The notes under the pieces were generated by a model. The model saw only the letters and a program-made list of their open reading frames with translations, made no database searches and had not been told where the DNA came from. From Chiloscyllium plagiosum (lineage: Eukaryota): a stretch of 64,000 nt of DNA. Of this stretch, positions 23,581 through 36,882 are shown piece after piece (within the stretch, counting starts at the first letter, position 1; every line of letters begins with the position of its first letter). Where the stretch lies: contig NC_057719.1 in NCBI RefSeq assembly GCF_004010195.1, positions 48,205,071-48,269,070 on the forward strand. The letters are read 5' to 3'. A program made the translations under genes and the position numbers.

Positions 23581-25284
23581 GTGGATAGTTAGTGAGGCAA
23601 GTTTGGTAAGATATAATGAGAAATCGTGCTGGGCCTCATTAAGAGATACCCACTATGAAACTGGATAAATTTGACACTTAACCAAAAAAACTTAAGGTTT
23701 AGCCAAAGGCATTCTGAAGGCCAATCTCACAGTTTATAAATTGGCTCCTTCTACTTGGGAGAAATCAACCCTGGATAGATCTGAATGATATAATCTCTGC
23801 CATCAAGAAATCTCAACAATTAGGTTACTATGTGATAAGTGAGCACACTAGTAAGGTGATGCCTTCACCCATCCCTCCAACTGTGACTTTATATGTAATA
23901 TGTGCAGCTGAATCTACAAATCAAAATGATTTAAAATCACATATAAAATGACATAAACCTTGAACAACAAAATGATGGAAACATCCATCATCAAATGCAC
24001 AACTTTAAATATAAACATTGCTGCTGATTTTGTTTTACTTCTATAGCACCAGTGGAAAAAAGGCTTGTGAAGTATGTTTTAAAAAAGAAGTGTAGCATCC
24101 CTGGCACCTAAGGTTTTGACAAATTGAGAACTTACACGGACAGCCTCACTTCACCCAGTTGCATATACATTCAACAAAATTGCTGATTTAAATCTTCCCT
24201 GGATTGGATTTATGCCTTATCTGGATTAAACTGATTTTGTTCCTTCATATTATGCCAAATGCAAGCGATATTTTGGAGATAACTCAAGATGTGTGCACAA
24301 TTAGACCCTGTTTTCTGAGTATTGAACTGGAAACTTAACATAGGTACTGGTTCGTCTGAAAGTGGTACAAGCCCATATTATATTGACAGCTTGCTATTGC
24401 AGTTAAACCAATTGTATGAAAATTTCAGCTCCAAAGTGATAGAACAACAACTGATGCAGGAAATCTAATAAAAAAGGAACAGTATGAGAACTGTAGGTTG
24501 ATCTTTGCCTATCGGCTATGCACCATTTAATTTTCCTTCTTTCAATCTCCTGCCAAGTTTCAAACCAGCAAGTATTAAAGAGCTGTGGATATTGCAAGAG
24601 AAACTGACAGATACTTCTGTAATAATATTCTTGTCATCATATACCACCTGCATGCTGACAAAATGGAATCTTTCTTTGATCTGTCAGATATATGGGATTC
24701 TCTACAGGTGTTAGAGGAGTTTGTTTGTACAGTGCATAGAGATAAAACAGTGGGGTATCACAATGACAATGTTTCCTTTATTTTCTATTGCTATTGCAAG
24801 GTTGATAAAAATTCTAATATTATGAAAAGCAGAGAATAACTATAATTTGTACTCTATATTAAACCTTACTCTGGGTTTAATATAAAGTACAAATTATTCC
24901 TTGTTGAGGAATAACTTCATTCAGACAAATGACAATAAATAATTTAGAACACAAGCTAACAAACTTTAAAGGTTAATAAAGATTGATGCTTTTCATGCAT
25001 TAATACATTGCATTCTACATGTTAAATACATATCAGTTATCTTTCCCATGGATGCTAGGAATCCTAGAGTCTTTTCTACATAGTTACTTGAACATGGTTT
25101 CTTAACTCACAACATCTTTTGAGAATTTAGCTTTGACAACTTGGTTCTGATGTAGAAATAAATTTCTTTGCAGCTAAGATTTAAGTCTAATGAATTCTTT
25201 TTCAACTCACAACTTCTCAATGTACCTTAACTATGATAGCTATACACTTATGCCCTGCTGAATATTCCCTCACTTCTTCACTCT

Positions 25285-26135
25285 CATAGAGTGAGAGATG
25301 TACAGCACAGAAACAGACCCATTGGTCCAACCTGTCCATGTTGACTAGATATCCCAAATTAATCTAGTCCAATTTTCCAGCAGTTGGTCCATATTCCTCT
25401 AAATCCTTCCTATTCATACACCAATTCAGTTGCCTTTTAAATATTGTAATTGTACCAGCCTCCACAATTTCCTCTGGCAGCCCATTCCATACACGCACCA
25501 CCCTCTGTGTGAAAAAGTTGCCCCTTAAGACCCTTCTAAATCTTTCCCTTCTCACTTTAAACCTATGCCATCTAGTTTGGACTCCCACACCCTAGGGATA
25601 AGACCTTGTCTGTTTACCTTATTCATGCCCCTCATGATTTTATAAACCTCTACAAGTTGTTGGTTGCATTGACACAGATGTGGACAGATCGGCTGGATTT
25701 GCAAAAACTTCCTGAAAAGTCTATTAAAAATAGACATTAACGGGGTATTTGAGTTTGCCCAGGATAACATTCAACACAGAACACATATTGGTGCATTTTT
25801 AGAAGAAAGTATCAGGAATAGACAGTTGCTAGAGAGAAAGATTTACAAGGGACCTTTCTACAAAGGTCACCCCTCAGCTTCCGACATTCTGGGGAAAATA
25901 GCCAAGCCTATTCAACCTTTCCCTATAGCTTAAACCCTCCAACCCTGGCAACATTCTTGTAAATCTTTTCTGAACACTTTCAAGTTTCACAACATCCTTC
26001 CGATAGTTGGGAGACCAGAATTGCATGCAATACTCCAAAAGTGGCTTAACCAATGTCCTGTACAGCCGCAACATGACCTCCCAATTCCTATAGTCAATGC
26101 TCTGACCAATAAAGGAAAGCAAACCAAATCCCTGT
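25285..26135 (-). mobile_element. CR1 3' fragment with an internal foreign insert at 25656-25856
   Basis: ORFs 25364..25588 and 25874..26122 (LEYCMQFWSP, FFTQRVV). Confidence 0.88.
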
Positions 26136-26816
26136 CACTTAAGATATCTACTTTAACCCTGATAATTAAGTTTACAACAGGTCCACTGATCCCTATTCTG
26201 GATTTTTATGGCAATTCTCAATTTGTGACAATTACTTAAGTCACTACTGGGTTCTTGTGGCAAGCACTCACCTTGTGACAAGTACCTATAATCTAGAAAT
26301 GTCCCTTGTAATTCTTTCTCCCTAGCAATTGTCCACTCCTGATACTTTCTTCGAAAAATACATCAGTGTGTTCTGTGTTGAATGTTATTCTGGGCAAGCT
26401 CAAAGGTCCCATTAATGTCTATTTTTATAGACTTTTCAGGAAGTTTTTGCAAACCCCCCCTAGCTGTCCACATCTGTGTCAATGCAATCAAAACTTCTAC
26501 CCAAATATTTATAAACAATTGACCAATGAGAAGAATGCACCTGGTTTCCTTACAATGCCCTATCTTTAACTTCTACCCTTTGAACCAGAGGCCTTGGTAT
26601 ATCAACCCTCAAGTTGTCATACCAGTTAATCAATATTGTAGACACAGATTCTGTTTACTGTAGAAAATAGACTCATGGAAGTGCAAAAGTGCCTGAGCTA
26701 AAACTATGCATTATTGCTTAAAGATACATTTCTCAGTATTTGACATTTAAAGAAATGCCAACATAAAATCTTTTTAAATGATATCCCATAAATAAAGAAA
26801 TTCATTTTTCATCACT

Positions 26817-27037
26817 AAGGAGAAAGTGAGGACTGCTGGAGATCAGAATTGAAAAATGTGGCGCTGGAAAAGCACAGCCAGTCAGGCAGCATCCAAGGAC
26901 ATTTCGAACAAAAGCTCTTCATCAGGAATGTGAATTATCCATTCCTGATGAATAGTTTATGTTTGAAACTTTGACTCTCCTGCTCTTCGGATGCTGCCTG
27001 ACCGGGCTGTGCTTTTCCAGCGCCACATTTTTTGATA
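26817..27037. mobile_element. Palindromic PLE pLTR insertion
   Basis: Inverted arms about 26852-26930 and 26940-27033, each with a decayed CTGATGA hammerhead core. Confidence 0.8.
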
Positions 27038-27151
27038 CTTTTTACTACTAAGGTTATGTACTGTACAATTTGTAACTTAAGCCTCAATAATTACATAAAT
27101 ATGTTAACAAAGTGAGGTCCAATAAGTGTTTAATTAAAAAATGATGCAACA

Positions 27152-27286
27152 CCAGGTTATAGTCCAACAGGTTTATTTGGAAGTACAAGTATTCGGAGTG
27201 CTGCTCCTTCATCAGGTGTATAACTTGGTGTTGTGTGATTTTTAACTTTGCCCACCCCAATCCAACACCGGCACCTCTGCATCAAG
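27152..27286. mobile_element. PLE pLTR insertion with inversion (third family)
   Basis: CAACACCAGGTTATA versus TATAACTTGGTGTTG inverted; flanking AAAT(G/T)ATGCAACA at 27139-27151 and 27287-27299. Confidence 0.7.
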
Positions 27287-30200
27287 AAATTATGCAACAT
27301 GGGAATCAAATCTGTAATTGGTCTACGAGTGGTCTGAAATATACCTACTGGATTGTGGGCCTTGTAAATGTTTTGACAGTCATCTTTGTGCCAATGTGAC
27401 ATTAAGATCCTTTTGAACACAGTGTTCACTGATTGGTTGACATCTCCAAACACCTTGAGTGAAGAATCCAGTGATAAGTCAAAGATGATGTTTTTAAATC
27501 CTGTGCAATGTTTTGCTTTTTGTCCTTTCTGTACGTTTTCCTACCAATAGTTAATGATTTTATTGAAATTAAGATGGAAAAAGTATCACAAAATGGAATC
27601 AATTCTGATCTGACCATTAGACTTATTTATAATCTGACTTGTGTAAAGTGCTCAATTTCAGTTTGAATCAATTTCAGTTTGAATCATGCTTGAAAATCAT
27701 TTCTCACTAACTTGATTGAGTGTTTTGAAGAGTTGACATAGAAGATTGATGAAGGCAGACTGGTAGATGTTGTTTATCTGGACTTCAGCAACTGTTCTGT
27801 ATGGTACAACGGTTAGTAAGATTAGAATACATGTAATCCGGGGTAGCGAGTCAATTGGATACAAAATTGGCTTGAAGGTATTAAGAAAATCTATAGCCTT
27901 AAAACTTGTTTTTAAACATTTAGACTAAAATGTAATGCTGAATTATAGAACACTTTTACTGGACTGGAAAACAGACAGGCAGGAAGGCTCAGAAAAAGGG
28001 GGGAATTCGAGGAATGCAGAAGATAGGGACATCTGGGCTCACCAAGTGATAACAGGATGCTGTAAGGCAATTAAGAACATTTGCCTGAGCATCGGTGAAT
28101 CTGTGTGAACAGGACACCAAGTGATAACATTCACAGCCGTTCCCTTCTGAAATTAATGACAGTGTTTAATTCTGACCCTGAAACGAAACTCGGTACTATC
28201 AAAAGCTTTGTAATTAACGGTCAGATGCTGCCAATTATAATGGATTCTTTTTAACCCTTGCAAGTGGGGCAGACACAGAGAGAAAAAAAATCTTTGCTGA
28301 CCTGAGTGTTCAAAAGGACACTAGTGAGAGAGACCATTTTACTGCTAAGGCTGTCGGAGCCAGCAGAAAATTAGCTCTTAGTGCTTATCTGCTATGGATT
28401 GAATTTAATTGCATTTTGGGACTTGATGATGATATTGAGTAGTCATTACTGGTTATTAAATACAAACTGTGTAAAAGGTAATATTGATGAAGCCTTAACT
28501 TACTTGCTGTTCTTGCTGACCATTCTACACAGTTTACAGACTGCCCCACCGTAAATTCTAACTAATCAGATCTTATGTCTTATTTGAATTTGAAGCACAA
28601 TCCTGAAAAGAAAGCATATTAATTCAAAGACAAATGAGTCAGTTTAAATGCAACCTTATGGTAACATCTTAGGTACAGTGCTTAAAAAGCAGGAGTCTGC
28701 TCCTAGCTTAAAAATTATTCTAAGCCTAACATTGAAGAGATTCTCCCACAACGTGTCAGGAAGCCATTTTATGGTCAAAAGTTTGCCCTCCTTGTTAAAA
28801 AGCCATTTTGTCATGGCACGTTATTATAGGGTGGGATTTTAATTGTCTTTTGGATCTGACAGTGGATAGGATGCCTTGTGGACCCCCAACTATTTCTTCG
28901 TAGGCCAAGCAGGTGGTTGACTTATGTGAGGAGTTGGGGATGGTGGATATTTGGAAATGTCTTCATCCTACCGGCAGGTACTTCACCTTTTCTTCAAACC
29001 TACATAAATGTCACACGAGGATTGACCTCTTTCTGGATCCATCAGCCCTTCTGGATTAGATTATGGGATGTAATATTGGGAATGTAGATATCTCTGATCA
29101 TGCAGCAGTGTGTTTGGAGGTTAAGGCCAAGAGTGAAGAGCTAGGTTTGCGGCACTGGCGTTTGGACCCCTTTCTCCTTAAGGATTCCAAATTTGTGGAA
29201 TACCTTTTGAAGGAGTTTCAGGAATTGTTGACTATCAACTCTGTCACGGCTAATAGTCCATCTATGGTATGGGAGACTGCGAAGGCCTTTGCTAGGGGAT
29301 TAGCTATTTCCTATTCAGCTGGCTGGAAACGACAGAAGGAGGAACAGCAGCGTCTACTTGAGATGCGGTTGAAAGCCGCACGAGGCGACACATTTTGCGC
29401 GGCCTTTGGTGACTAAGCCACAGCGGATCACGGCTCTCCAGGTTGACTTCAACACTGACACAAAACGCAAAAAAAGAACTTGCTTTTTCTAGACAAAGGC
29501 TGTTCGAATATGGGGGTAGGCCAGGGAAGTATTTAGCGTACCTGACTAGGAAAAAGCGTGCTCCCCAATCCATTACTGCAATCAGAGACAGCGCCGGGAT
29601 CCTTACACACGATGCTAAAAAGATTAATGAAGCTTTTCAGAGCTTTTACTCTGAATTGTATTGGTCTGAAGGCTGTGAGGACAGGAGGGCTAAAATGGAG
29701 ACCTTTTTTAAGAACCTGGACCTCCCAGGGGTAATCTTGGAACAGGACTCTCTCCTTAATGCCCCCTTGACAGTTCAGGAAATACAGGAGACAGCTAGGC
29801 AACTTCAGAATGGGAAAGCGCCTGGCCCTGATGGTCTTCCGGGCGAGTTTTATAAGGAGTTTATAGGGATTCTGTCAGAGCCAATGTTGGAGACGTACAA
29901 TCACTCCCTATGCGTGAATGCTTACCACTATCTTTGAGAGAAGCTAATATTTCCCTAATTCTTAAGAAGGGGAAGGTTCCTGAGGATTGTGCCTCAGACA
30001 GACTCATCTCACTATTAAATTCAGATTTCAAGATTCTATCAAAAATCCTGGCGCTGAGATTAGAAAGGGTGTTGCCCCATATTATTAAAAAGGACCAGAC
30101 AGGCTTTATATGGGGCAGTAGGTCCTCTAATAATATTAGAAGGTTGCTGAATGTGGTCCACGTTTGTCAGCAACGATCAATTCAGGGGTTGGCGATTTTC

Positions 30201-31210
30201 TTAGATGCAGAGAAAGCATTTGACAGGGTGGAATGGCCATATCTTTTTTATGTCTTAGAACAGTTTGGGTTGGGTAGAGTCTTTGCTAGGTGGGTAGAGG
30301 TTTTAAATCGCCACCCTTTGGCCATGGTTACCACCAATGGGGTGAAGTCTGGGAATTTGAGGATTGGTAGGGGTAGTCGGTAAGGCTGCCCCCTCTCACT
30401 GTTGTTGTTTACGTTGGTGATAGAGCCTCTGGCAGAAGCCATTCGTCAGAACGTCCACATAACTGCTCCGGAAGTGGGATTGAGGGCACACAAGATTACA
30501 CTGTATGCGGATGATGTCCTTCTGTTTTTATCGAACCCAATGACCTCCATACCCCAGTTGATACAATGTATCAATTCATTTGGGGCTATTTCAGGATATA
30601 AGATTAACTTTGCAAAATCGGAGGCTATGCTTTTGGGGAACCTTAAGGATATGCCAGAAGTTGAAGGTGGCCCTAAGTTCCCTTTTAAGTGGTCACGGAA
30701 CAGGGTTCCGAGACTTAGGCATTTTTATTACCCCCAAATTTGATCTGTTATTTCGGACTAACTTTGCTCACTTCCTCGACAATATTAGGCGAGATATCCA
30801 GAGATGGGAGGCTCTTCCAATTTCATGGCTGGACCGAATATCTCTCATTAAGATGAATGTTCTTCCTTGTTTATTTTATCCCATGCGTATGCTCCCTATA
30901 ATGTTTCCCAGGTCAAGACTGCGGAAGCTTCTGGGGTGGTTTGGTTCCTTTGTCTGGCATTGTGAGTGGCCCCTCATCAAGCTTACTAAATTGCAGTTGC
31001 CTCAAGGAAAGGGAGAAGTTGATTTCCCAGACATCAGGAGGTATCAATTGAGTTCCCTACTGTCCTTTGTCTGTGATTGGGTAGGTAATTATCCAAACTC
31101 AATATTGCTGGATATTGAGGCCTCCCAGGCAAAGTGCCCTCTTATTAACCTGTTGTTCATGGATAAGGTGAGGACAGTTATGGACCATTGCCGGAACCCC
31201 ATTGTCATTA

Positions 31211-31246
31211 GTTCCTGAAGAAGGGCCTGTGCCCGAAACGTCGAAT
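31211..31246 (+). ncRNA. Minimal type I hammerhead ribozyme motif
   Basis: GTTC-CTGAAGA-A-GGGC CTGT GCCC-GAAAC-GTC-GAAT; 4-bp stem I, palindromic ACGT in place of stem III. Confidence 0.72.
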
Positions 31247-31339
31247 CTCCTGTTCCCTGGATGCTGCCTGACCTGCTGTGCTGTTCCAGCAATAAAGTTT
31301 CAACTTTGATCTCCAGCATCTGCAGACCTCACTTTTTCC
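31213..31339 (+). mobile_element. PLE pLTR inserted in L1
   Basis: TSD TCATTAGT at 31205-31212 and 31340-31347; the sister L1 near 41970 has the empty site (NPIVISTVKAW). Confidence 0.9.
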
Positions 31340-34300
31340 TCATTAGTACAGTCAAGGCATGGAGGGCGATGCGTCAGAGTGAGGGTTGTTCATACAAGGC
31401 TTCGCCACTTACACTTATAATTGACATGCCAGGGTTCCGACCAGGGCTGATGGACTCAGGATTTAAACTATGGGCAGCAAGAGGAGTTTCTAGTTTGGGA
31501 GACTTGTTTGAGGGGGAGGTTATGATGTCTTTTGAGCAACTGAGCTGCAAATACGGGTTGCTCAGCTGAGATCTTTTCGGTTTTTTTCAGGTTAGGGATT
31601 TTATCCAGAAGAAGACTACGCTTCTCACTAAACCCTATAAGCCCAATACAGAGAGGTTGTTGCTATGTTCCACAAGCACCTTCTCGGTTAGTGCCCTCCA
31701 GCGCCTGCTGGGTAGCAGGGCTGGCAGGATATTAACCGGTTATGTGAGGTCTGGGAGCAAGAGCTGGGAGTGGAGATTTCTTCTGAAGCATGGGAGAATA
31801 TATGGGAGAATACGTGAAAGATCTCAATCTGTAATAGGACATGTGCTAAGCAGTTAAAAGTTCTGCAAAGGGCTCATCTGGCACCAGACTGTCTGGCGAA
31901 ATTTTAAAAAAGGGGCATCTTCAGTGTGCCCCAAATGTAAAATAAGACTAGGTACTCTTACCCATTGCTTCTGGACATGCCACAGGCTCCGTGTTTATTG
32001 GAGCGCTGTGTGGCGGAAGAGATAGGGAGGGTATTGAGGACTGAAGTCAAAGTAGACCCGATATCTCTCCTCTTAGGTCTACCGAATTTACCATCTTTAG
32101 ACAGGCATGGGAAGAAACTATTTAATATTCTTGCACATTGTGCACGGAAGACTATTTTGACGAATTGGGTGTCTGAGAACCTGCTGGGCTTGCTGGGATG
32201 GCAGAAATTAATTATGGAGCACATTCCCTTGGACTTTTTTTACAAACATGGTGCAGCACACAACAGACAATTTTTATAAGACATGGCAGCCCTACTTGAG
32301 TTATTTGGATATAGATTTGTCAGTTATCTTAACTAGGGCGTTTGTTTAACCAGGATGGTTAGATTTGTCAAGCCCTGGGCCCTGGAGGGGGTCTCCAGAG
32401 TTAATACGGGTATATATACAATGCTTCCGTTCCTTTGTTTGGGAGCTTTGTGCAGAGCATAGCTGTTCTGAATTTTGTGTTTTTCTTTGCTTTTCTTTTT
32501 TTTTGGTATTGCCTTGCACAGTGTTAGGGTTTGTTTTGTATTATAGGGTAGGTTAGTAGTTAGTAGACAGTAGTTTTATTGTAATTTGTGTTTTTTTTCT
32601 TTTTATTATACTGATATTTGTTATTGATTGTATTTTTCAATAATTTTATATGTTTGTAAAGTTTAAAAAAATTGCTAATAAATATATTTACCAAAAAAAA
32701 GCTATTTAGTAATATAATTGTACCAGACATGTGAGTTGTGCAAGATTACCTTATGAACTCTTCAATTAGCTCAGACTGATGCCTCTTTATGATAGAAGTT
32801 TATCTCGCTCGAGGCACCTAACTCGGCTGGGTATGTTTTTCTCACCTGATGAATGGCTTAGGGCATGTAGGAGTGATTAGTCTAGCATACACAGACCTGT
32901 CAATTAACTTTTCTTCCTTACCAATTATGGTCTTTCACTGTTGTCTGTCTAATTAAGAACATGCAATGTTTTTGTAAACTTTTGTATAAAGGAAGTCACT
33001 TTGTATCAGTACACCGGAGTAGCCTGCTGGGACACTTGAAGAGCTGGTACCCTATTGTCTTAGGTTATTAGAATCTAGTTAGTTTAGCTTATAGGTATCA
33101 GTGTTACATTGTAACAGTGATGCTATTAGTGAATGAAGGGGATGACTAAAATTAAACTATTCTGTCTGTAAGAGGTTTTTATTCCAGATTTCCAACGATT
33201 ACGATTTCTGGGACAAACCAAGAGAGAGGCTTACAGGTCTGAGTCCATAAGGGATTCCCTGGGCCGTCTCAAATCTCCACTTTAACAGTAGGAGACAGGA
33301 CCTGTTTCCATGCTGTACATCTCTATGACCCTAATGAACAAAAAGAGGGTGGTGGTAGAGGGTTGCTTTTAGAACTGGATGTCTGCGACCAGCAGTGTGC
33401 CATAAGGATTGGTACAGGTACCACTGCTTTTCATCATTCAAATGAATGACGTGGATGAGAATTTAGGAGGCATGATTAGTAAGTTTACAGATGACACCAA
33501 AATTGGTGGTGTAGAGCACAGTGAAGAAAAGTTTCTTAGAACACGATGGGACCTTGATCAGATGGGCTATCGGGCTGAGCAGTGGCAGATTGTGTTTAAT
33601 TTAGATAAATATAAAGTGTTGCATTTTGGTAAGGCAAACCAGGGCAGGACTTATATAATTAATGGTAGGGACCTGGAGAGCATTATAGATAGAGGTGCAT
33701 AGTTCCTTGAAAATGGAGTCACAGTAGACAGAGTGGTGAAGAAGGCATTTGACATGCCTTCACTAGTCAAACCATTGAGTACAGAGTTAGAAAGTTACAT
33801 TGCAGCTGTACAAAACATTGGTGAGGCCACTTTTAGAATACTGAGTACAATTCTGGTCATCCTTCTATTGGAAGAATGTTGTTAAACTAGAGAGAGTGTA
33901 GAAAAGATTTACAAGACTGTTACCAGGACTGGAGGGGTTGAGTTATAGGGAGAGGCTGAATAGGCTGGGGCTTTTTTCCATGGAGCGTTGGAGGCTGAGG
34001 GATAACCTGATAGAAGTTTATAAATTATGAGGGGCATGGACAGAGTGAATAGCTAAGGTCTTTTTCCTAGGATGGGTGGGTCTAAAACTAGAGGGCGCAG
34101 GTTTAAAGTGAGAAGGGAAAGATTTGGAAAGGACCTGTGGGATAGCTTTTTCATGCAAAGGGTGGTGCGTGTTTGGAATGAGCTGCCAGAGGAAGTGGTG
34201 GAGGTGGGTACAATTACAAAATTGAAAAGGCATCTGCATGGCTATATGAATAAGAAGGGTTTAGTGGGACTAGGCCAGATTTGGACGTCTGGTCGGCATG

Positions 34301-34454
34301 GGTGAGTTGGATCTGTTTCTGTGCTGTATGATTCTATGACTCTATGACACTATATACTGGACTTTTAGAATAATTAAAATTAGTTCAGACTGCCGCAACT
34401 TACTAAGTTGAGAGAGTACAGACATTTTATTCTTTCCACTTTGTTAAGTTAGTT

Positions 34455-35100
34455 TGTAGGATGTGGGTACTGATGAAGGCCAACATTTACTCTCTAACTC
34501 TAATTGCACTGCTGGAGGAGATGATGAGCTGTCTTCTTGAACTGTTGCAGTCCTTGAGGCTAAGCCCACTCTCAGTACTGTTAGGAAAGGTGTTAAAAGG
34601 TTTCAACTCAGTGGCAGTGAAGGAACAATAGTATATTTGCAATTCAGGGTTTTTTTTGAGTTGAAGGGGAACATGCGGGTGACGTATTCTACTGCCTTTG
34701 TCCTTCTAGCTGATACAGGTTGCATGTTTGGAAGGTGCTGTCAAAGAACAATTGGTAGCTTATGCAGTGCATTTTGCTGATGGTACACATTGCAGCAACG
34801 GTGCACAAGTAGTGGAGGAAATAAAGGTATAAGGCGCAGACAACATGCTATTCAAGTACTTTGTCATTTATGTTGTTGAATGTCTTCAATATTTTTTGGA
34901 CTACATTCAACCAAGCAAGTGTACAGAATTCCATCAGACTTCTGCCTTGTAGACAGGGATGCATTATTCATTGCAACTTCTGATCTGCTCTTATATTAGC
35001 AGTAATTATTGGGCTTGTCAAAATAAGTTTCTGGTCAATCACAATTTGAAGAATGTTGATTGAGTTTTCAAGTTTTATCAGCAAAAAGGGCATGAAGGTT
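34455..35100 (-). mobile_element. Old LINE (CR1-like) 3' fragment
   Basis: GGATGTGGG...GGCCAACATTTA...TAATTGC...TCTTCTTGAACTGTTGCAGTCC resembles the reverse of a CR1-type 3' end. Confidence 0.5.
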
Positions 35101-35539
35101 AGATATGAAGTTTTACAAAATGTCACTCTGAATTCCTTGCCATTTATACTGTTATATAATGTGGCAAATAATACTTCGAGTATTATTGTGAGATCTAATA
35201 ACACTAAACTCAGGTAATAAATGCAAAGGAGGAGCTGATAAAGTCCATGAGAGTACAAATAATTTTTGGTGGGTTGGGAATAACAGATGTGCTAATCCAC
35301 TGTGACTAGGTTTTTAATTGGGTGTGATGGCTCAGTAAGGGACAATTCTAACAAAGATAAATTAGAGTTCAGAAAAGGCATATAGCAGAGTTTAGTTCAC
35401 AAACAAGTAAATACTAAAGCTAAGTACTAATAGTAAGTAATTACACTAGAAATAGCAAAAAGGAAAATATTAATTTATAACATATGAAAAAGAAAGTCTC
35501 ATGGTAGAAGAACAGTTGATGTGCTTTGCTGCTTTAGCT

Positions 35540-36170
35540 GTGCAAGAAATGTTACTTCATTGTCTTTTCTTGAAACAACTGAATGTTCGGAAGCTTGCAC
35601 AATGTTGTGGTATTCTCCACTAAGGCATTGTCTCCCTCAGATGCTACAGTTGCTGTTGTGTGCTCAGCTATATTCAGGTTACTAGTTGGCACAGTAATTT
35701 GTGGGTCTTCAATTAACGTTGTCCTTGACACATTCATTTGGTTGTCAAGAGTTGTCTTCTATATTGTTACTTGTCTGCGCATTATAGGATCGTAGTCCAG
35801 TCTGAGGTGGTACCCACTTGTCATAAGCATTGTAACTCCTTACCAACTCATCTTGGCCTGTTTGGAAAATGTGGTGCTTGGCCTTGTTCTCTCATTGGAG
35901 TGTGCACAACCGACATTTTACCATGAGCAATGTCAGAGCAATTTCAGTTGTCAAGTCAGTTGTGTTCCAGTACGGCAATAAGAATTGGCCTAGATTTTTG
36001 GATATTGACTTTTGTTCTTGAATTGCCTGTAAGGAATGTTTCATTGTCTGAACAAACCTTTCTGCCAAACCATTTTGACTGGGTGGAAAGGAGTTGATCA
36101 GATATATTAAATTCCATTCTGCTCTAGATAGTTCATAAATTCTTTATGAACATTATCACAAACAATTTGC
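35540..36170 (-). mobile_element. Gypsy integrase fragment
   Basis: Minus strand IRSTPFHP...(L)AERFVQT, FLLPYWNT motifs, frameshifted. Confidence 0.6.
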
Positions 36171-36882
36171 AGATAAAGGGATGGCTGGAAAGGAGGAAAC
36201 CTTCAAAAATGAGATAACAAGAGTTCAGGGACAGTAGGTCCCTGTTAGTGTGAAGAGCAAGGTTGGTAGATGTGGGGAATGCTGAATGACTAAAAAAATT
36301 ACGGTCAAGAAAAAGAAGGAAGCATATGTCAGGTACAGATAGCAGGGATCAAGAGAATCCTTAAAGGTGTACCAAGACAGTAGGAGTATTTTTTTTTGTA
36401 AATATATTTATTAGCAATTTTTTTAACTTTACAAACATATAAAATTATTGAAAAATACAATCAATAACAAATATCAGTACAATAAAAAAAAACTCAAGTT
36501 ACAATAAAACTACTGTCTACTAACTACTAACCTACCCTATAATACAAAACAAACCCTAACACTGTGCAAAGCAACACCAAAAAAGGAAGAAAAGCAAAAA
36601 AACAAAAAAACCCCACAAAATACAGAACAGCGATGCTCTGCACAAAGCTCTCAAACAAAGGAACGGGAGCATTGTATATATACTCATATTAACTCGGGAG
36701 ACCTCCTCCAGGGCCCAGGGCTTGACAAATCTAACCATCCTGGTTAAACAAATGCCGCAGTTAAGATAACTGACAAATCTATATCCAAATAACTCAAGTA
36801 GGGCTGCCATGTCTTATAAAAATTATCTGTTGTCTGGTGCACCATGTTTGTTAAAAAGTCCATAGGAATGTGCTCCATAATT

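Larger units (their letters stand above)
28815..32700 (+). mobile_element. L1-clade LINE, 5'-truncated, frameshifted ORF2
   Basis: EN (DFN, ISDH), RT (KAPGPDG, DAEKAFDRV, LYADD), CPKC..THCFWTC; AATAAA at 32677 plus poly(A); degenerate 18-bp TSD at 28797-28814 and 32696-32713. Confidence 0.92.
27881..33287 (+). mobile_element. Solo LTR (~1.5 kb without the L1 insert)
   Basis: Begins TTAAG and ends TTAACA, splitting the CR1 at GAAGGTA|GTAG; TATAAA near 32986 and ATTAAA at 33151. Confidence 0.6.
27690..34350 (+). mobile_element. CR1 RT/3' fragment split by an LTR (27881-33287)
   Basis: LTNLIECFEE, NWLEG before the insert; FTDDTKIGG, QFWS, FFMQRVV and a TCTATGAC tail after it. Confidence 0.85.

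Noticed and set aside
24400..24840. Short overlapping ORFs as a host gene
   Set aside because: No motifs or consistent splice structure; expected by chance
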